Both the position numbers and the translations under genes were made by a program. A stretch of DNA of 63,467 nucleotides, filler included, from Bigelowiella natans CCMP2755 (Eukaryota > Protista > Cercozoa), in NCBI GenBank assembly GCA_000320545.1. It is 4 parts of 4 records of this genome, joined end to end, with 100 filler letters (N's around TTAATTAATTAA, not from the genome) between each part and the next. Parts side by side here need not be neighbours in the genome. Positions count along the whole stretch, not along the records: positions 23,148 to 54,081 come from ADNK01000900.1; 3 more parts are not named here. The stretch is one strand, 5' to 3'. How positions within the stretch are numbered: position 1 is the stretch's first letter; every line of letters begins with the position of its first letter. Below, one piece after another: positions 36,899 through 50,165 of the stretch. The notes under the pieces were generated by a model that was given only the letters and a program-made list of their open reading frames with translations, was not told the origin of the DNA and ran no database searches.

Positions 36899-37897
36899 CT
36901 AAACTATGCAACATTTCCACTTAGGTTTCACTGTAGGTTCCACAATTGGTCTCTTTTTAATTGCATCGTATCTACGAATCTCGCGAACTAATTCGTAGAA
37001 AACCTTTTCGTTGTTAATTTTCTCCTAGAATTCGTAAAATTAGGTTATCAGGGTAAATGGTAATCAAAATAATCCATTTACAAAACCTTCGCTGATGTCT
37101 CATAGAACGGACAACTCCACGTGTTTGCAATTTTCTGCCCCTCCATTTGATCAACCTTATTAACCAAAGTTGACTTCAGCAAATACACTACTACGGGTAT
37201 GTCTTTATACCACACGTTCGTCCGAGAGATCACATTTGTTCCCAACGACGACCATGGGAACTTCACTTGTATCCTTTGTTCTCAATATCTTTTCCCTAAG
37301 TTCAAGAACTTTCTCCTACAAGGAAATATAACTATAGAAGCATAGCATCTGCTTAAATCCTAAGAACGTACAAATGATTGTCTGTCTGCTATACTGTAGA
37401 CCAGCAAAAATCCTTTCCCATCTCTCATCCACTGATCCTAAGGAAAAATCCTCATTAGGATAATCCCTCAAGTGCACAAAAAACTAACCTGCATTGAACT
37501 GAATTCGTCTTGGCCTGCAGTGTCGAGAATGTCGAGTAGAGCGACTTTGTTATCAATAACTGCTTGCTTTCGGTAAGAGTCTATCAAAAGAGTCATTCCA
37601 TTAGAATCATACGTGGCAAAATTGTGACATACCTTCAATGGTGGGATCGTACTCATCCAGGAAGTTGTCAGTCACCAATCTGATAGTTAAAGCTGATTTC
37701 CCAACAGCGCCACTTCCTAAAACCTTCAAAACAAAAATTTCCGCTATTTCAGAGTGACCATTCGGCGCCATGGATGATTTCGAAGCGTAAATCATGAATA
37801 CACTTCTTTCAATTTTTGTAAATGTCAGGTGGAGAATGTTGAAAAATGACTGATCAAATACCGCAAGTTTGTATTCCAAAGTTTTGTGCTCGGACAT
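36899..37897 (-). CDS. RAS: Ras-family small GTPase with CaaX box
   Basis: Exons give [67 protein letters not shown] and a C-terminal KWKCCIV-stop. Confidence 0.95.
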
Positions 37898-39037
37898 GGC
37901 AAGTGTTAGTTAACACTTGTAGTTATTGAGAAAACGTATGGGGCAAACAAAGTCTAGGGTTGGTTGGTGGGTTGTTGTGAATCCAGTACCAACAAAATGA
38001 CTGGTGTGTGATGATGGAAAATCGCAGCAAGTCCTACTTCTGCGACATCCAATCTCTTTGATGTTCTCAAGTTTCTTCATCTTGCTGTTGCCTTCAGAAC
38101 ATTCCTGGAAAGGAACTTGGAACTTGGATCCAGCGCAACGAAATAGAGGAGGCACATATTTACTTTAGGTGAATTTCAGCTTTTAAGATGGATGCCACAG
38201 TGGCAGTACTGTACCACTTCTCGTGGGCCCATGGACATTGTGATACAGCTAAACATAAGAGCAAGTCAACAGGACCGAATGCATTTTAATAAATACGACA
38301 AGCTTTAATGTCGATTATCAGCTTAGATGGCCTTACATTTGAAGGCATTTCTGCCCAAAAGAATGATGAGGGGGTGGTCCTTCCTAGCACAAGAGGAAGA
38401 TCAAAGGGTTTTAGAAGACATGCGACACGAAAATGTGTTGGTCAAACTCAGATCATATGATTTTAGCATTTTTACATTCTCTTCTAAATTAGCACATTAT
38501 TTTATGCAAAATGGATGAGGGGAATCGCAAGATTTTCCTTCCTTACTAGATACAGTTGAAATATTGACTATTAATTTGAACTGAATTTGTTGTATTGTTG
38601 ATAGCGTACAGAAGGCCAACTTTCCGTGTAAGCGTTTGGAACTGAAAGAAATTTAAGTCTTACTAGACATCATTTTGCATAATACAAGATGTAAGTCAAA
38701 TAATATGATTTAATCCACAGACCTGTTAGTCGTTTAGCAAGGCTTAAATCCGAAGTCGTAGATGTTGAAAACACGGTGATATTACATGATATATTTAGAG
38801 AATTAGCCTTCAAATAATACTGAACAGGTTGAACCAATCTCAAATCCACATCAGGAGGTCTGTATGTGCTTTTCGTTGTATCCTCGTGGCTAGTGACTTT
38901 GTTTTTCTATTGGGGGATTTGTACCACCTGCTGTATTCGTCGTCATCGTTATCTGGCTGTCGGGATGTCTACAAAGCTGGCTGTTTATTTTATCTGACGA
39001 CTGTCTGCTGTCACAAAAAAGCAGGAGGTGGTCAATT

Positions 39038-40140
39038 ATGATGCCAAGGATCTTCGGGACGACGATTCTGGCGCTTTGTGCGTGCATAGCTCTGTTATAC
39101 AAACTACAGGATCAAACCAGAAATCCTCGTCTTTTCGGATCCTCAGCATTGTCAAACCGGAAGATCAGAGAAATAAAATCACGCAGGTGTGTGTGTGTAT
39201 GTGTGTGTGTGTGTGTGTGTGTGACTGAGGGATCTGATTGATTTTGTTTGTGTGGTGCACTATGCGGTGGTGGAGTCATTTTTGTTCTTCTGATAGGCTC
39301 ATGGGTTACTCCATATCACCGTCAATCATTCATTTCCGTCCTATTTTTATCATGCAATAGTTGGGCAAGACGACAGCATAATATCCTGTTTCGGAATAAT
39401 AAGTGTTCTTCCTTTGGTGGTCTTCGCACTTCTACTGCTATCATACGTTGTCCGGCGATTGATGGGAGCTCGGCCAAGTCTACTGCTGAAACAGGTGGTG
39501 GTACTTTTCTATAATCCTTTCGAACAACTCTGGTCATAAACGAATCTCTATATGCGAATAATTTCTTACATGTATTTTTATCTCCTCTTCTACTAGATTC
39601 ATCATCTGGAGGCTGTCCTATATCTCAAGCAAAGCAAATACTCTCGGATTCATTTACAACCATCATTCCAACGGTCGGTGGGTCAAACGATTATGATGGT
39701 GATGATGATGATGATATCATTACTTTGCGACTACTAATGTATTACTACCAACGAATATTCAGGGTAAAGGTTCAAGTAGTGATGAGGGCCCTGTACCGAT
39801 TCCTGGACCTAGAGGATTACCTGCAGACTTAATTCGTAAAGAATAACAATTTACTTATAGAAGAAATTTTTTAGAATAGCAGAAACTAAAGGAGAAGAGT
39901 ATGGAATAACTAAGTAGTAGTAGTAGTAGTCGTAGTAGAGCAGCTTCTTCTTCTCTCCGTCTACTACTACGTACTTTGGCTTGTTCTTTGGCATTGTCGT
40001 CGTGCAGCACTACGTACTTTGGCTTGTTCTTTGGCATTGTCGTCGTGCAGCACTACGTACTTTGGCTTGTTCTTTGGCATTGTCGTCGTGCAGCACTTCC
40101 ACGCTCTGTCTGTACATACTTATAATAACACATCATATTA

Positions 40141-40175
<35 letters not shown>

Positions 40176-40461
40176 CAGTAGTAGTAATGGGTACAGTACT
40201 ACACGCATACAATAATGAGATTTGTGATCATTTGTTGTCGTGGTGGTGCGTGATAATATAAAATAGAAAACTCTTACCATGTGATGAAAATTCCTATCTA
40301 TGGGATAGAGGAGGCCACGCTTAGGTAATTATGATGATGATGATGTGATGATCGGTTGTTGTAGTATTTGTGAGGTAGTGACAGGGTGTGAGTGGTGGTG
40401 GTAGTAAATAGTATTAGACAAAAGCAGTAGCAGCAGCAGCAGCAGAAGAAGACAAGAGAGC

Positions 40462-40493
<32 letters not shown>

Positions 40494-40888
40494 AAGGTCA
40501 TAAATCTCCACACCCCCATTACTTTCTCCGCCCTCCTCCTCCTCCTCCTCCTCCTCCTCCTCATCCTCCTCCCCCTCTATTGGGGTTTTGTGTGTTGTTA
40601 TTGTGATGTGGTGTTGTTATTTAGGTGGGGTGATGCTTTTGGGCCTATTGTCCGCTTCGATAACTCGAATCTCGGAATTAAATCGTGGGTATTCATAAAT
40701 GAACCTGAGATCATTTCTCACGTGTGTTTCAAGAAGGCTGCCAACTACAAGGAAAGGTGACAACTTGAGACTAATCGTCATGCTAATCTATAGTCTTCCT
40801 ACTAATGCTTGGTGGTAACTGAATTTATATTTGCGAATTTCTATTGTATCATAGACTTCTCTCTTCCTCTTCCTCCTCCTCTATTGTA

Positions 40889-40935
<47 letters not shown>

Positions 40936-43074
40936 TACTCACTTACTCACTCTCCTCACACACATATATGGCCTCCGTCCTCCTCCTCCTCGTAGGTATC
41001 TACCGGACATATACAAATTTGCGACTCAAGGAAAGGGTATTCTAGGGTCCACAGGTAGTAGTAGTAGTAGTAGTAGTAGTAGTTGTAGTAGGTGTGTCTT
41101 GTAGGTGCTGATTATCTATTCAGTTGACCACATGCTTCATCATCCAATCATTTTCAAAATAGCTATAACCAACATGAAGAAATTAGAGCATAGCAGCAAT
41201 TGTAGCAGCAGCACGTGTTGTTATATTGCTATTGTGTGCCCTAATAACTCCTTAAACACCAACTTCTGAAATTACATTGATACGACTCATGAATCATGAT
41301 CTTCTGTCTTTAGGAGAATTTAACCAAAAGCATCGTAAGATGTGCAAAGCGCCTTTCACGCAGAAACGATTCTTAAAGCAATTTGCAGAGGCTACAACCG
41401 AGAAAGCTTATGAACTCACACAAGCATGGAAAGATGAAGGCAGCCCACAAGGCGTCGTCACGGTTGTAGTAGTCCTGTCATGTACTATTGTAGTACTATG
41501 ATCCATGTATGATATCATAATTTTTTGCTGCTGCTGCTGCTGATGCTGCTCATATGCAAGCACGCGGGCAATGGTGATGTTGATTTGGATGGCGTTTACT
41601 TTCAAGTAGCACCATCGTAACTGCTTATCACCGTACTCAAATTATTCGTCTCGTTTTCTGAAGAAACCATTATCATCATCATCATCATCATCATCATCAC
41701 TATATCTCAGGCGGATATCTCGGAGCACGTTCAGCGTCTAACCCTTGATGTAATTGGAAACGTGTCTTTTAGCTACGATTTTGGTGGAATCAAGCGTGTA
41801 AGAAATGATCTTAGGGATAATCAGAAAATGATGCATGAATCATCATCTTCTCCTTCTTCATCTTCTTCTTCTTCTCATTCTTCTAAAGAGGATGATCTTC
41901 TGATGGGGTATGTTAATCGTTGGACGCATCATGTTGGGAAGTTAGCAGCACCATGGATAACGAATGATGTGCTGGAGTTTGGTACTAAACACGGGGATCC
42001 GCGGCTTCAAGATCTAAAGTATACCATAGAGTCCATGCGGGATATATTGTTTGATATCATAGAGAAAAGACGCGAACAAATTCGATCCAATGACCCTGAT
42101 CTACCCGATGACTTGATGACATCTCTTATTCGTATTCAAAACGAGGAAGGAATTGAGTCGTTTACCGATGTGGAGCTTTGGGAAGATATACATGATGTCA
42201 TGGGGGCTGGGCATGAAACAACTGCAAATACGTTAGCTACGGCTCTGTGGGAGGTCTCAATGCACCCTGATGTCGCCAAAAAGGTCAAGGAGGAGTTAAC
42301 CCAGCTACTTGGTAGTGGGGAGAATAGCCGTCGTCCTACTTACGATGACTTCGAGGAGGGGCTGATGCCATATACCACTGCGGTAGTAAAAGAAGCGTTG
42401 AGATTATATCCATCTATTCCTCTCTTTGTGAGGGAGGTGGAAGAGGACGATATTCTGCCTGGTAACATGAAGATCAATGGAGGCGACGTCGTGTTCATGT
42501 CTGCATATGCTCTTGGACGTACAGAACGTTTCTGGAAGGATGCTTACACCTTCGATCCAGAACGATTCTCAGCAGAGAATGAGGCCAAGATGGACCCTTA
42601 CACCTGGTTGCCGTTTGGAGCAGGACCTAGAATGTGTCTTGGAAGCCGATTTGCTATGATGTCAACAGTGTTACAACTGGCTACCATACTACATCAATAT
42701 TCATTCGAAGCTGTCACTCCATGCTACCGCTCAAATAAAAGGAGCAATATACCGTATATTGGTGCTTGGAGAGGCGGCATGTAAGTTATTAGTAGTCTGT
42801 GGTGATAGAGTGATGGGGATTTTGATAATGATGCGCTTAACGAAAAGAATAGTTGCCAACATCATCATCCTCACTCCGTCTTCAATTTCAATGATCAGGC
42901 CGTTTGAATATGACATGACGATCTCGTTTCCCGAAGGGTAAGTAGAATAAGAAGATAACTATATGTTAGTTAGTAATGCTCAATTGTATTATAGGTGTAA
43001 TATTTGTTGTTATTAATACATCACTACTGTCTTTCTTTACTAGGTGCACAATGAAAGCTACTCCAAATTGGTGA
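39038..43074 (+). CDS. Cytochrome P450 with a bipartite (signal plus transit-like) leader
   Basis: IPGPRGLP hinge; I-helix MGAGHETTA; KEALRLYP (ExxR); FDPERF; heme motif PFGAGPRMCLG. Final exons PFEYDMTISFPEG and CTMKATPNW, with TGA at 43072-43074. Confidence 0.93.
39966..40096. repeat. Intronic 43-bp tandem repeat, three copies
   Basis: actacgtactttggcttgttctttggcattgtcgtcgtgcagc occurs three times. Confidence 0.9.
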
Positions 43075-43975
43075 TTTATTTATGGATACATCAAGTAATT
43101 GAAGTAATTCGATTTCGCGCTCCTATTAAAACTGCTGCCACTACTACTACTACTACTACTACTAAGTCATACTGAAAAGGAAAATACAATAGCGAATGAT
43201 AACCTCTGGATAAGATGACCGATGATGGTACATTGTTCCGAATAATAATAACAAAGTGAAATACTTGTAATAAAACGGGTAATAATAACTCAGAAAGTGG
43301 CGACATATCTAGATATATTTGACACAGCCCGTCGCCAATAATTGATTAATAAAATGACTACGTACACCACGTACATAATAGTGTAAAGAACTCCTAGTTT
43401 ATTATAGATCGTCCTACGTGCAAGTGCAAAGAGTGGCTTTATTTTCACGTAATTGATCACGCTACACGTCAAAAACATTTCAAATAATGAACACGTTCTT
43501 GGATGCTGCTTTATTTGGCTAGCAGCGGCTTCGCAATATATACGCGTATGCCTGCGTGTGTTCGTTACATACGCATCTAGCTAGGCATGCAATGTGCAAC
43601 ATGTACATAACATGCAGTGGCGTGCTTGCATGCTGCTAATAATAATATTACCATGCCTATAATGCTAGCATCTAGAGCATGCGCTAGCATGGTGCGTTGC
43701 TTCGATCATGCCCCCGCGACGTTGGGTCTATTTGTATCTACGTAGCTGCTACACATCTTGTGTGCGTGCACGAACGCCAAGGCGTGATCACAGCTGCTGG
43801 ATTTATACACAATGTTCTTCATGTATGTGCCATGACCATATATGTTATGGCTGTGCTAGTGTGGCCCTCTCCGTCGTTGATGACGTGTTAGTTCTGTACA
43901 TCATCCAATTTATATCGTGAATAATCACTAGCGTAGGAAGTTTTATTGAGGTGCTACATTGCCATTATTCTCCAT

Positions 43976-44601
43976 TCATCTGGATCCAGTGGATCCAAAC
44001 CCACCCTCGCCCCTTTCTGTGTTCCCCAACTCACCAACTTCAACAACATTGGCCATGCATATTTTTTCTAAAATCAACTGAGCGATTCGATCTCCTGGTT
44101 AACATTATGCAAGGCGGCGAGAGCAGTTGTTAGCAACATTTACTGGTGATTGTACTCTCCCACGTATGCACAGTAGAAGAATTGGCACCACCAGGCAAGA
44201 AGAAAGGGAGAAAAGAAGGACAGTATAGATTCCTGTGTCATCCTTCGTCTCTCCTCGTATTGAATTAAATCATTATATCTCGTCGTCATGTTCTACTACC
44301 TACCTACCTACCTCTTGAAATGTGCTTATCTTCTTCTCCGAAGTTAAACAATAAAACCTGATAATGATGATGATGATGATGGTTATTGAGTGCTTTGGTA
44401 GCGATCATATTACAATCACCACGCTACCATAAACTTGGAGAGCCTTGAAATTCGTCAGGAAAAGAATAAAATCATCATTATTCCTCTACTTTCTTAGAGG
44501 TACTACTATTGCTGCTGCTGTGCTACTGCTACTACTCCTAAGAATAATACCTTGACAGGTCCACGATAGTCGGCATCAATCTGGTAGCAATTCCACATCA
44601 T

Positions 44602-44632
<31 letters not shown>

Positions 44633-46341
44633 AGAGCATGGCAGCATCGTAGATTTATTGCTACTTCTTTCAAATTGCGACAACGATTACATGTTAATTC
44701 ATGCAGACGAATGATTATCTTCTTTTACGGTAACTTTCTTCCCCTTCTTCTTCTTCTTCTTCTTCTTCTTCTTCTTCTCTTACTTCCTATTTTCCTACCA
44801 CTCCTGCACCGACATCAATGAAGTTTTTCCAAGCCAATCCAGATCTAGTCGGCAATCAATCAAACGGGCAAATAGATATATTCTGTGTGACTAAACTTCA
44901 ACTTCTATTGCTACTACCACCGCTACTACTACTACTACTACTACTACTTTGTAGTAGTCTTATATTTCTTACAATGTGTACCTTGGAGCAATTCGCCCAT
45001 AGCAGCCGACAGGAACTGGGGAGGAGGAGGAGGAGGAGGAGGAGGAGGAGGAGGAGGAGAGGAGGAGGAGGAGGCACAAAGTAGGGAATGATGATGATGA
45101 TGATGACGATTATACGATGATGGACTCTTGTCATGCATTGTCATGTTTCAATCAGCGAAATATTCTCACTACAAAAACTACTACTATTCATCTAGCAATT
45201 AAAAACCACAACCTTTTATTGCTATTCCAGTGTCAACCAAAGATTTGCCTTTTGCCTTTACGACGATATCTTCATTGCCTGGTAAGGAGTTGAGAGAGGT
45301 AAAGGAGGAAGATTAGGTTGGTGAAAGATGAGAGGGAAAAGAGTTGGGAAAAGAGCTATACAAATTAGATGAAATTGTAATGTCTCATCCTCTTCTATCT
45401 TCTTATTTCGACGATGATTGGATGTATAGTGTAACTGAATAGATCCAAGCCAGCTGCAAGCTCTGATCCACGTTGAGGAAGCTGTTGTTAATTATACATG
45501 ATAGTGGATGATGCATGAGGTACCTATAGCAAATACCTATCAATCTCCTCACGCTAAGAAATACTGATTATTGCCTTTGCATCGTCCTTTAGTTTTTTAA
45601 CTTCAAGCTTTGTGTGAATATTTTCAGCAGCATCCGGGCTGTAGCAACCACCTGATATGTGTAAGTGGGTAGTTGTTAAGATAAGACTTGACCGAAGAAC
45701 TTAGTATTGTTGTGAATGATGAGTGTCTAAAGGAAATGAAAGAGTCGTTGGTGCCAAGAAACACAGGTGACGAAAGAAGATGGGAATGATAAATATCCCT
45801 TTTAATCAGAGGATAATGATGGTGATGATGATGATGATGATGGCCCAATACGAGAATGGAATACATTTTTTTAAGATTGCATTTCACCTCTCAGCTGCCT
45901 AACATTCTTTACTCTGCTGCCTCTTGCTCTTCCTCCTCCTCCTCCTCCTCCTCTTTCTCCTCGCACTGTATTTCTCTTTTCCACTAAAGCCGATGATAGC
46001 AACCGCGCGCTGAGAGGAAGGCGATGATGCCTTATTCCAGCATATTCTTTAGCTTTAAAAGTATTAGATACGACGGGATCACTAGAAATAGAGGATAGCA
46101 TCGAAAGAGAACGGGGTCTACGCAAAGAGGTAGAGGTGGTCATGGAAAGTCTGTCGATGGAAGGCGTCGTCCCGGCAGTAGATGATGATATAGAGGTAAC
46201 AGACAAAGGAGCAGCAGCAGCAGCCCTTAGAGTGCATGAAAGAATCAAATGGTGCAGAGGACAGCCAGAGAGACGGCGACCTTGTAGAAAGGAGTTACGA
46301 CGGAAAAGCACATTTCTTTTAATAAATCTGTATCTGGTCAT
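43976..46341 (-). CDS. DUT: Trimeric dUTPase with a long Ser/Arg-rich N-terminal extension (start codon uncertain)
   Basis: All five motifs lie in small exons: [54 protein letters not shown] and [14 protein letters not shown]-stop (TGA 43978-43976). Confidence 0.93.
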
Positions 46342-46783
46342 CTTTGTCGCCGAATTTCTTGTCCCAATTGGGATTGTTCTCGTGATTGATATGCCTTCTT
46401 CGCCTCTGTGTAAGAGTGTTGGTTAGCAACAGAGCTAAATCGAAGGTATCTTGCAGGGTTTGATCAAATTCCTTCTTTCTTGAGCCCCTCTCCTCTTCCG
46501 ATTAGTTCATGCTTGGACCTATCTCACAGTTTAGCTACGACAACCTGCGACATAAATTCCCCAATTCTAGTTATTTTCGGTGGAAGATTCAAGTCGTTTT
46601 CTGAGAATAGCCTTGTATTTCGGAAAACAGTGTTTCCACGCAGAAGCAGTAGGAAAGGGTTACGAAGTAGTAGCAAGTGTGTACGAGGAGGAATAATGGC
46701 GTACTTTCTCAGAAGAAGATGCTCCTTCTCAGCCTCTAATCATTCGCCTTGATTCATAGCACGAGGATCATGTCACTCTCCTC

Positions 46784-48103
46784 ATGAACCTTCCAAATCA
46801 TTGTCAGCTCACCATGCCTGACCCAAAACTAAAGGATGGGGACATGAAGGGAACAAAAATGATTCCCACCATCACAACAAAAACTTGTAAGAATAAAAGA
46901 CGGCGCCCGTTTGAAGAGCTTGATTTTTCAAATGTGTTCGGCAATCTCTCGTTGAGCGATGAATCAGTAAATAGTCGAAGAACGAGTAAGCGTTCAAAAA
47001 AAGAATTTGCAGGATCTTTTTGTCAAGGGGATGAAGACGACTGCAAAACAAAGAAGGGAATTTCGGGCGAAAGATATTACAATTCTATTGTAATCGGGAG
47101 AAGATCAGGGGACAGTGAACTCTCAAGAGGAAAATTCGTTGTAGCATTGGTGAAAAAAAGTAGCTTAATATCGAGGAAGAGAAAAAGGAGATCATCTTCA
47201 CCTTCCCCAAAGACGTCGTCACTGTTAATTCAAAGCTGCGGTACGTCGGAATCTACATGCAAAGATAACTTTAACATTTTAGATTTTAATCCTGAGGGAA
47301 ACAGCATATTCCCAATTCTGCATTTTAAAATGAAAGATCTTTTGAATCATACATTATTGGAGTTCCTAACGATACCAGATGTGATGTCCCTTGTTCGGGT
47401 TTCTTGGGGCTTTAGAAGTCTCAGATATTCATGGAAGATGCACAACAAGAACATAAGCAGCACCAGCAGCAATAGCAGCAGCTTCTGCTCCTCTCACAAA
47501 TTTAAACCGAGAAATTCACAAGATGGTGATCATTGCTCCGTTGGCAACTGCTCTTTCACGGCTGCGATTGAAAGAACACCTACTGCTAGAATGGAAAACG
47601 ATGGGGAAAACGTGGAGGATAGGATAAATGTTGGTCTTGCAACTACAAGGAGAAACCCAAGTGAGCACACTTATACGGGATCAAATCTTTGTAATGTGAA
47701 CATCCAAGTGGTAAATATGATGGAGGAAGACGTAGACTGCGAGAACCTTCACCAAAAAAGTGAAAGTACTAGCAGGAGACGAACAGACGCATTGCCGTCA
47801 CCATTATCATTATCAAAATGTCAGAGAGGGAAAAGAGAAGCAAAAACAGAAACTAAAATGGCGGGCCTTCTCCTTGGAGGTCACCAATGTAATGGCTATA
47901 ATTTTGACAGACAAGAACGTCGGAAATGTGGAATTAGCACTGATGATTCATCCTCTCGGATGAGTAATATGAAAACGACACGGCCTTATTCAGACATAAG
48001 TGTACAGGATGGAAATAACAACGATAGAACAAGCATTGAATTGCAGGCTGGTTTATTTGCTTTTTCACCTCTTTTCCTCAGACCACCTAGATATGTAGCA
48101 TAG
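46784..48103 (+). CDS. Intronless 439-aa hypothetical protein with a possible F-box motif and NLS
   Basis: Long ORF without microsatellites. LLNHTLLEFLTIPDVMSLVRVSWGFRSL resembles an F-box, and RKRKRR is a basic patch. Confidence 0.55.
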   Translation: MNLPNHCQLTMPDPKLKDGDMKGTKMIPTITTKTCKNKRRRPFEELDFSNVFGNLSLSDESVNSRRTSKRSKKEFAGSFCQGDEDDCKTKKGISGERYYNSIVIGRRSGDSELSRGKFVVALVKKSSLISRKRKRRSSSPSPKTSSLLIQSCGTSESTCKDNFNILDFNPEGNSIFPILHFKMKDLLNHTLLEFLTIPDVMSLVRVSWGFRSLRYSWKMHNKNISSTSSNSSSFCSSHKFKPRNSQDGDHCSVGNCSFTAAIERTPTARMENDGENVEDRINVGLATTRRNPSEHTYTGSNLCNVNIQVVNMMEEDVDCENLHQKSESTSRRRTDALPSPLSLSKCQRGKREAKTETKMAGLLLGGHQCNGYNFDRQERRKCGISTDDSSSRMSNMKTTRPYSDISVQDGNNNDRTSIELQAGLFAFSPLFLRPPRYVA

Positions 48104-48610
48104 CAAAAATAATTCATCAAAGGAATGGCGTGGTGTCAACGTATTCAATTCATTACACGCGCACGTGTATATTTATAATCTAGATACATAGTGCACAATT
48201 CGATTAATCATAAAAAATTGCGTGCATACACATTGCATTGGACGGGGAGCAGCTGGAGCATCATATATCTGCCGTGCGGTCAATATGAAGCTTTTGCATT
48301 AGCGCTAGTGAGAAACATGTTGTGCGACTTTGTTCCTGCGAAGCATTGCTCCACTAACTAGATGATTAAATAAGTGCATCGCAGATGACTAGACATATCA
48401 TGTACAGCACACCGTGTTCTTCTAGTCCATGGCAGCTGCACAACGTGCGATGGCATGTGCAATATAAAAGGAGCAAGACGGTGCATCATGGGCCAGCCAC
48501 AATGAGGGTCGCAATTAACATACAAAACGTACGCCATGTAAATTATGTGCGTATACCAATTAATCCAACTGCTACAAATTTATTTGAATGAGCTACAGCA
48601 TTGTACTACT

Positions 48611-49523
48611 TTAGAGGAGTATTCCGAATATTTTCGACGACGTCTTCTCCCGTTCATATTGCCTGTATCTATTTATTCTTTCTTTTATTTCTAACTTTAT
48701 TTCTTTCCATTCTATGTCGCGCTGCACTTTCTCGTCATCCTCGCTTGAATCACGAATTACTATTCTCTTTGAAGTTGCTATTCTAGTACTCGCTCCGATT
48801 CCAACCATAGAGGCAATATATGATAGTCCAGTTTGTGGTACTGATATTTTGAATTTCAAATTTGCAACCTAATTTACATGAATAAATAATTTTTGATGTA
48901 ACATGGCTTGGGAAAACACGATTCTAATGTTCAACACTCACTGATTTATTCCACACATCCGTTACCATTCGATGACAGTTTGCCGAATGAACATCGTAGT
49001 CTCCCTCATGTCGACGCGCCCTGATTATCACAACCAGATTTTTTATAAATTCAGCCCACTAATATTGAACTAAGTAACATAGAAAACGTACTCACCATCT
49101 CCTGATGGTGCGGAGATGCAATCCACTTCTTAAATTTTCTATCCTCGCAGCTTTCTATAAAGATTATTAATGCGAGGGTTTTTGATATGTAGTGTTGTCA
49201 ATATAAATTTTGTATGCAAACCAGAATTTGCATTTTTTGAGGTCTCTTGGTGATTTCCATCTTTACACGATCAATGACTCTGACGTGAATTTTGCCGTCC
49301 ACAAGCTTCTCAAGTCTATGGTGCTTTGTATCATTGGTTCTTATCACTAGGAAACTATGAAGTCCACCAGCAGCAGCAGCCACTGGGTTATTCAGAGGCC
49401 TAGTCCAAAATTCCAGCCTAAAATGAGATAGGAATTTACTTTCCAAATCTGAGCTGCTTCTTTCGGAAATATAGACTCCAATACGTTACCTTTCAACTTT
49501 ACCAGGATCTTCTTTTGATGCAT
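48611..49523 (-). CDS. Small multi-exon protein, probably a permuted papain-like (PPPDE/LRAT-type) amidase
   Basis: Exons with GT-AG boundaries: MHQKKILVKVER, LEFWTRPL...GLHSFLVI...RLEK, DYDVHSANCHRMVTDVW. The His-before-Y.....NC order fits a permuted NlpC/P60 fold. Confidence 0.55.
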
Positions 49524-50165
49524 TATCTTCGAATGCTAGATGAGATTCTCCAGTTCCCATTGGGCTGTAGTCTGTTGAGGATGATGGGGGAGTGGAGAAT
49601 TTTGAAAGTTGGTGGAAATCGGGAAATCAGGAAATTTCTGAGAACGAGTCGAGGTACTTGCAAGTCCAGGTTATCAATAAAGTGCGACATAGAATAATCT
49701 TTGTCTTATCATCATCTGGAACTATTTAAATATGTACAATTTGAGAGAAATCCTTTGTCATTCAATGAGTGCGACATAAAATTATCCTTGTCTCACCACA
49801 TCATCATATCCCTAACATCGCATGTTCATTATCCATTGGTAAAGCAGCAACATTCTCATAATAACAAAGCTCTCATATGAGACACACACCAACCTCCAGG
49901 TTAAATCGGCAGACCACCCACTCTTAATGCGATAGATTAAAAGATAGCCAACATAGCAAGCATTCAGAAGATATGTATGAGGGCGCTACGAAGTGCAAGA
50001 GGAGCAATATCGTGCTCGGCATAAACATGATGATGACCCAGCAGTGCTCACCATGGACCGGCTTTTGTTAAGTTTGCGCTGCTGGTTTAGTTTCAGAACC
50101 AAAATAGAACAGTTACTGCGATGAAATCTCCTCGACCATTGAAACCCCATCTATTTCTCCGGAAA

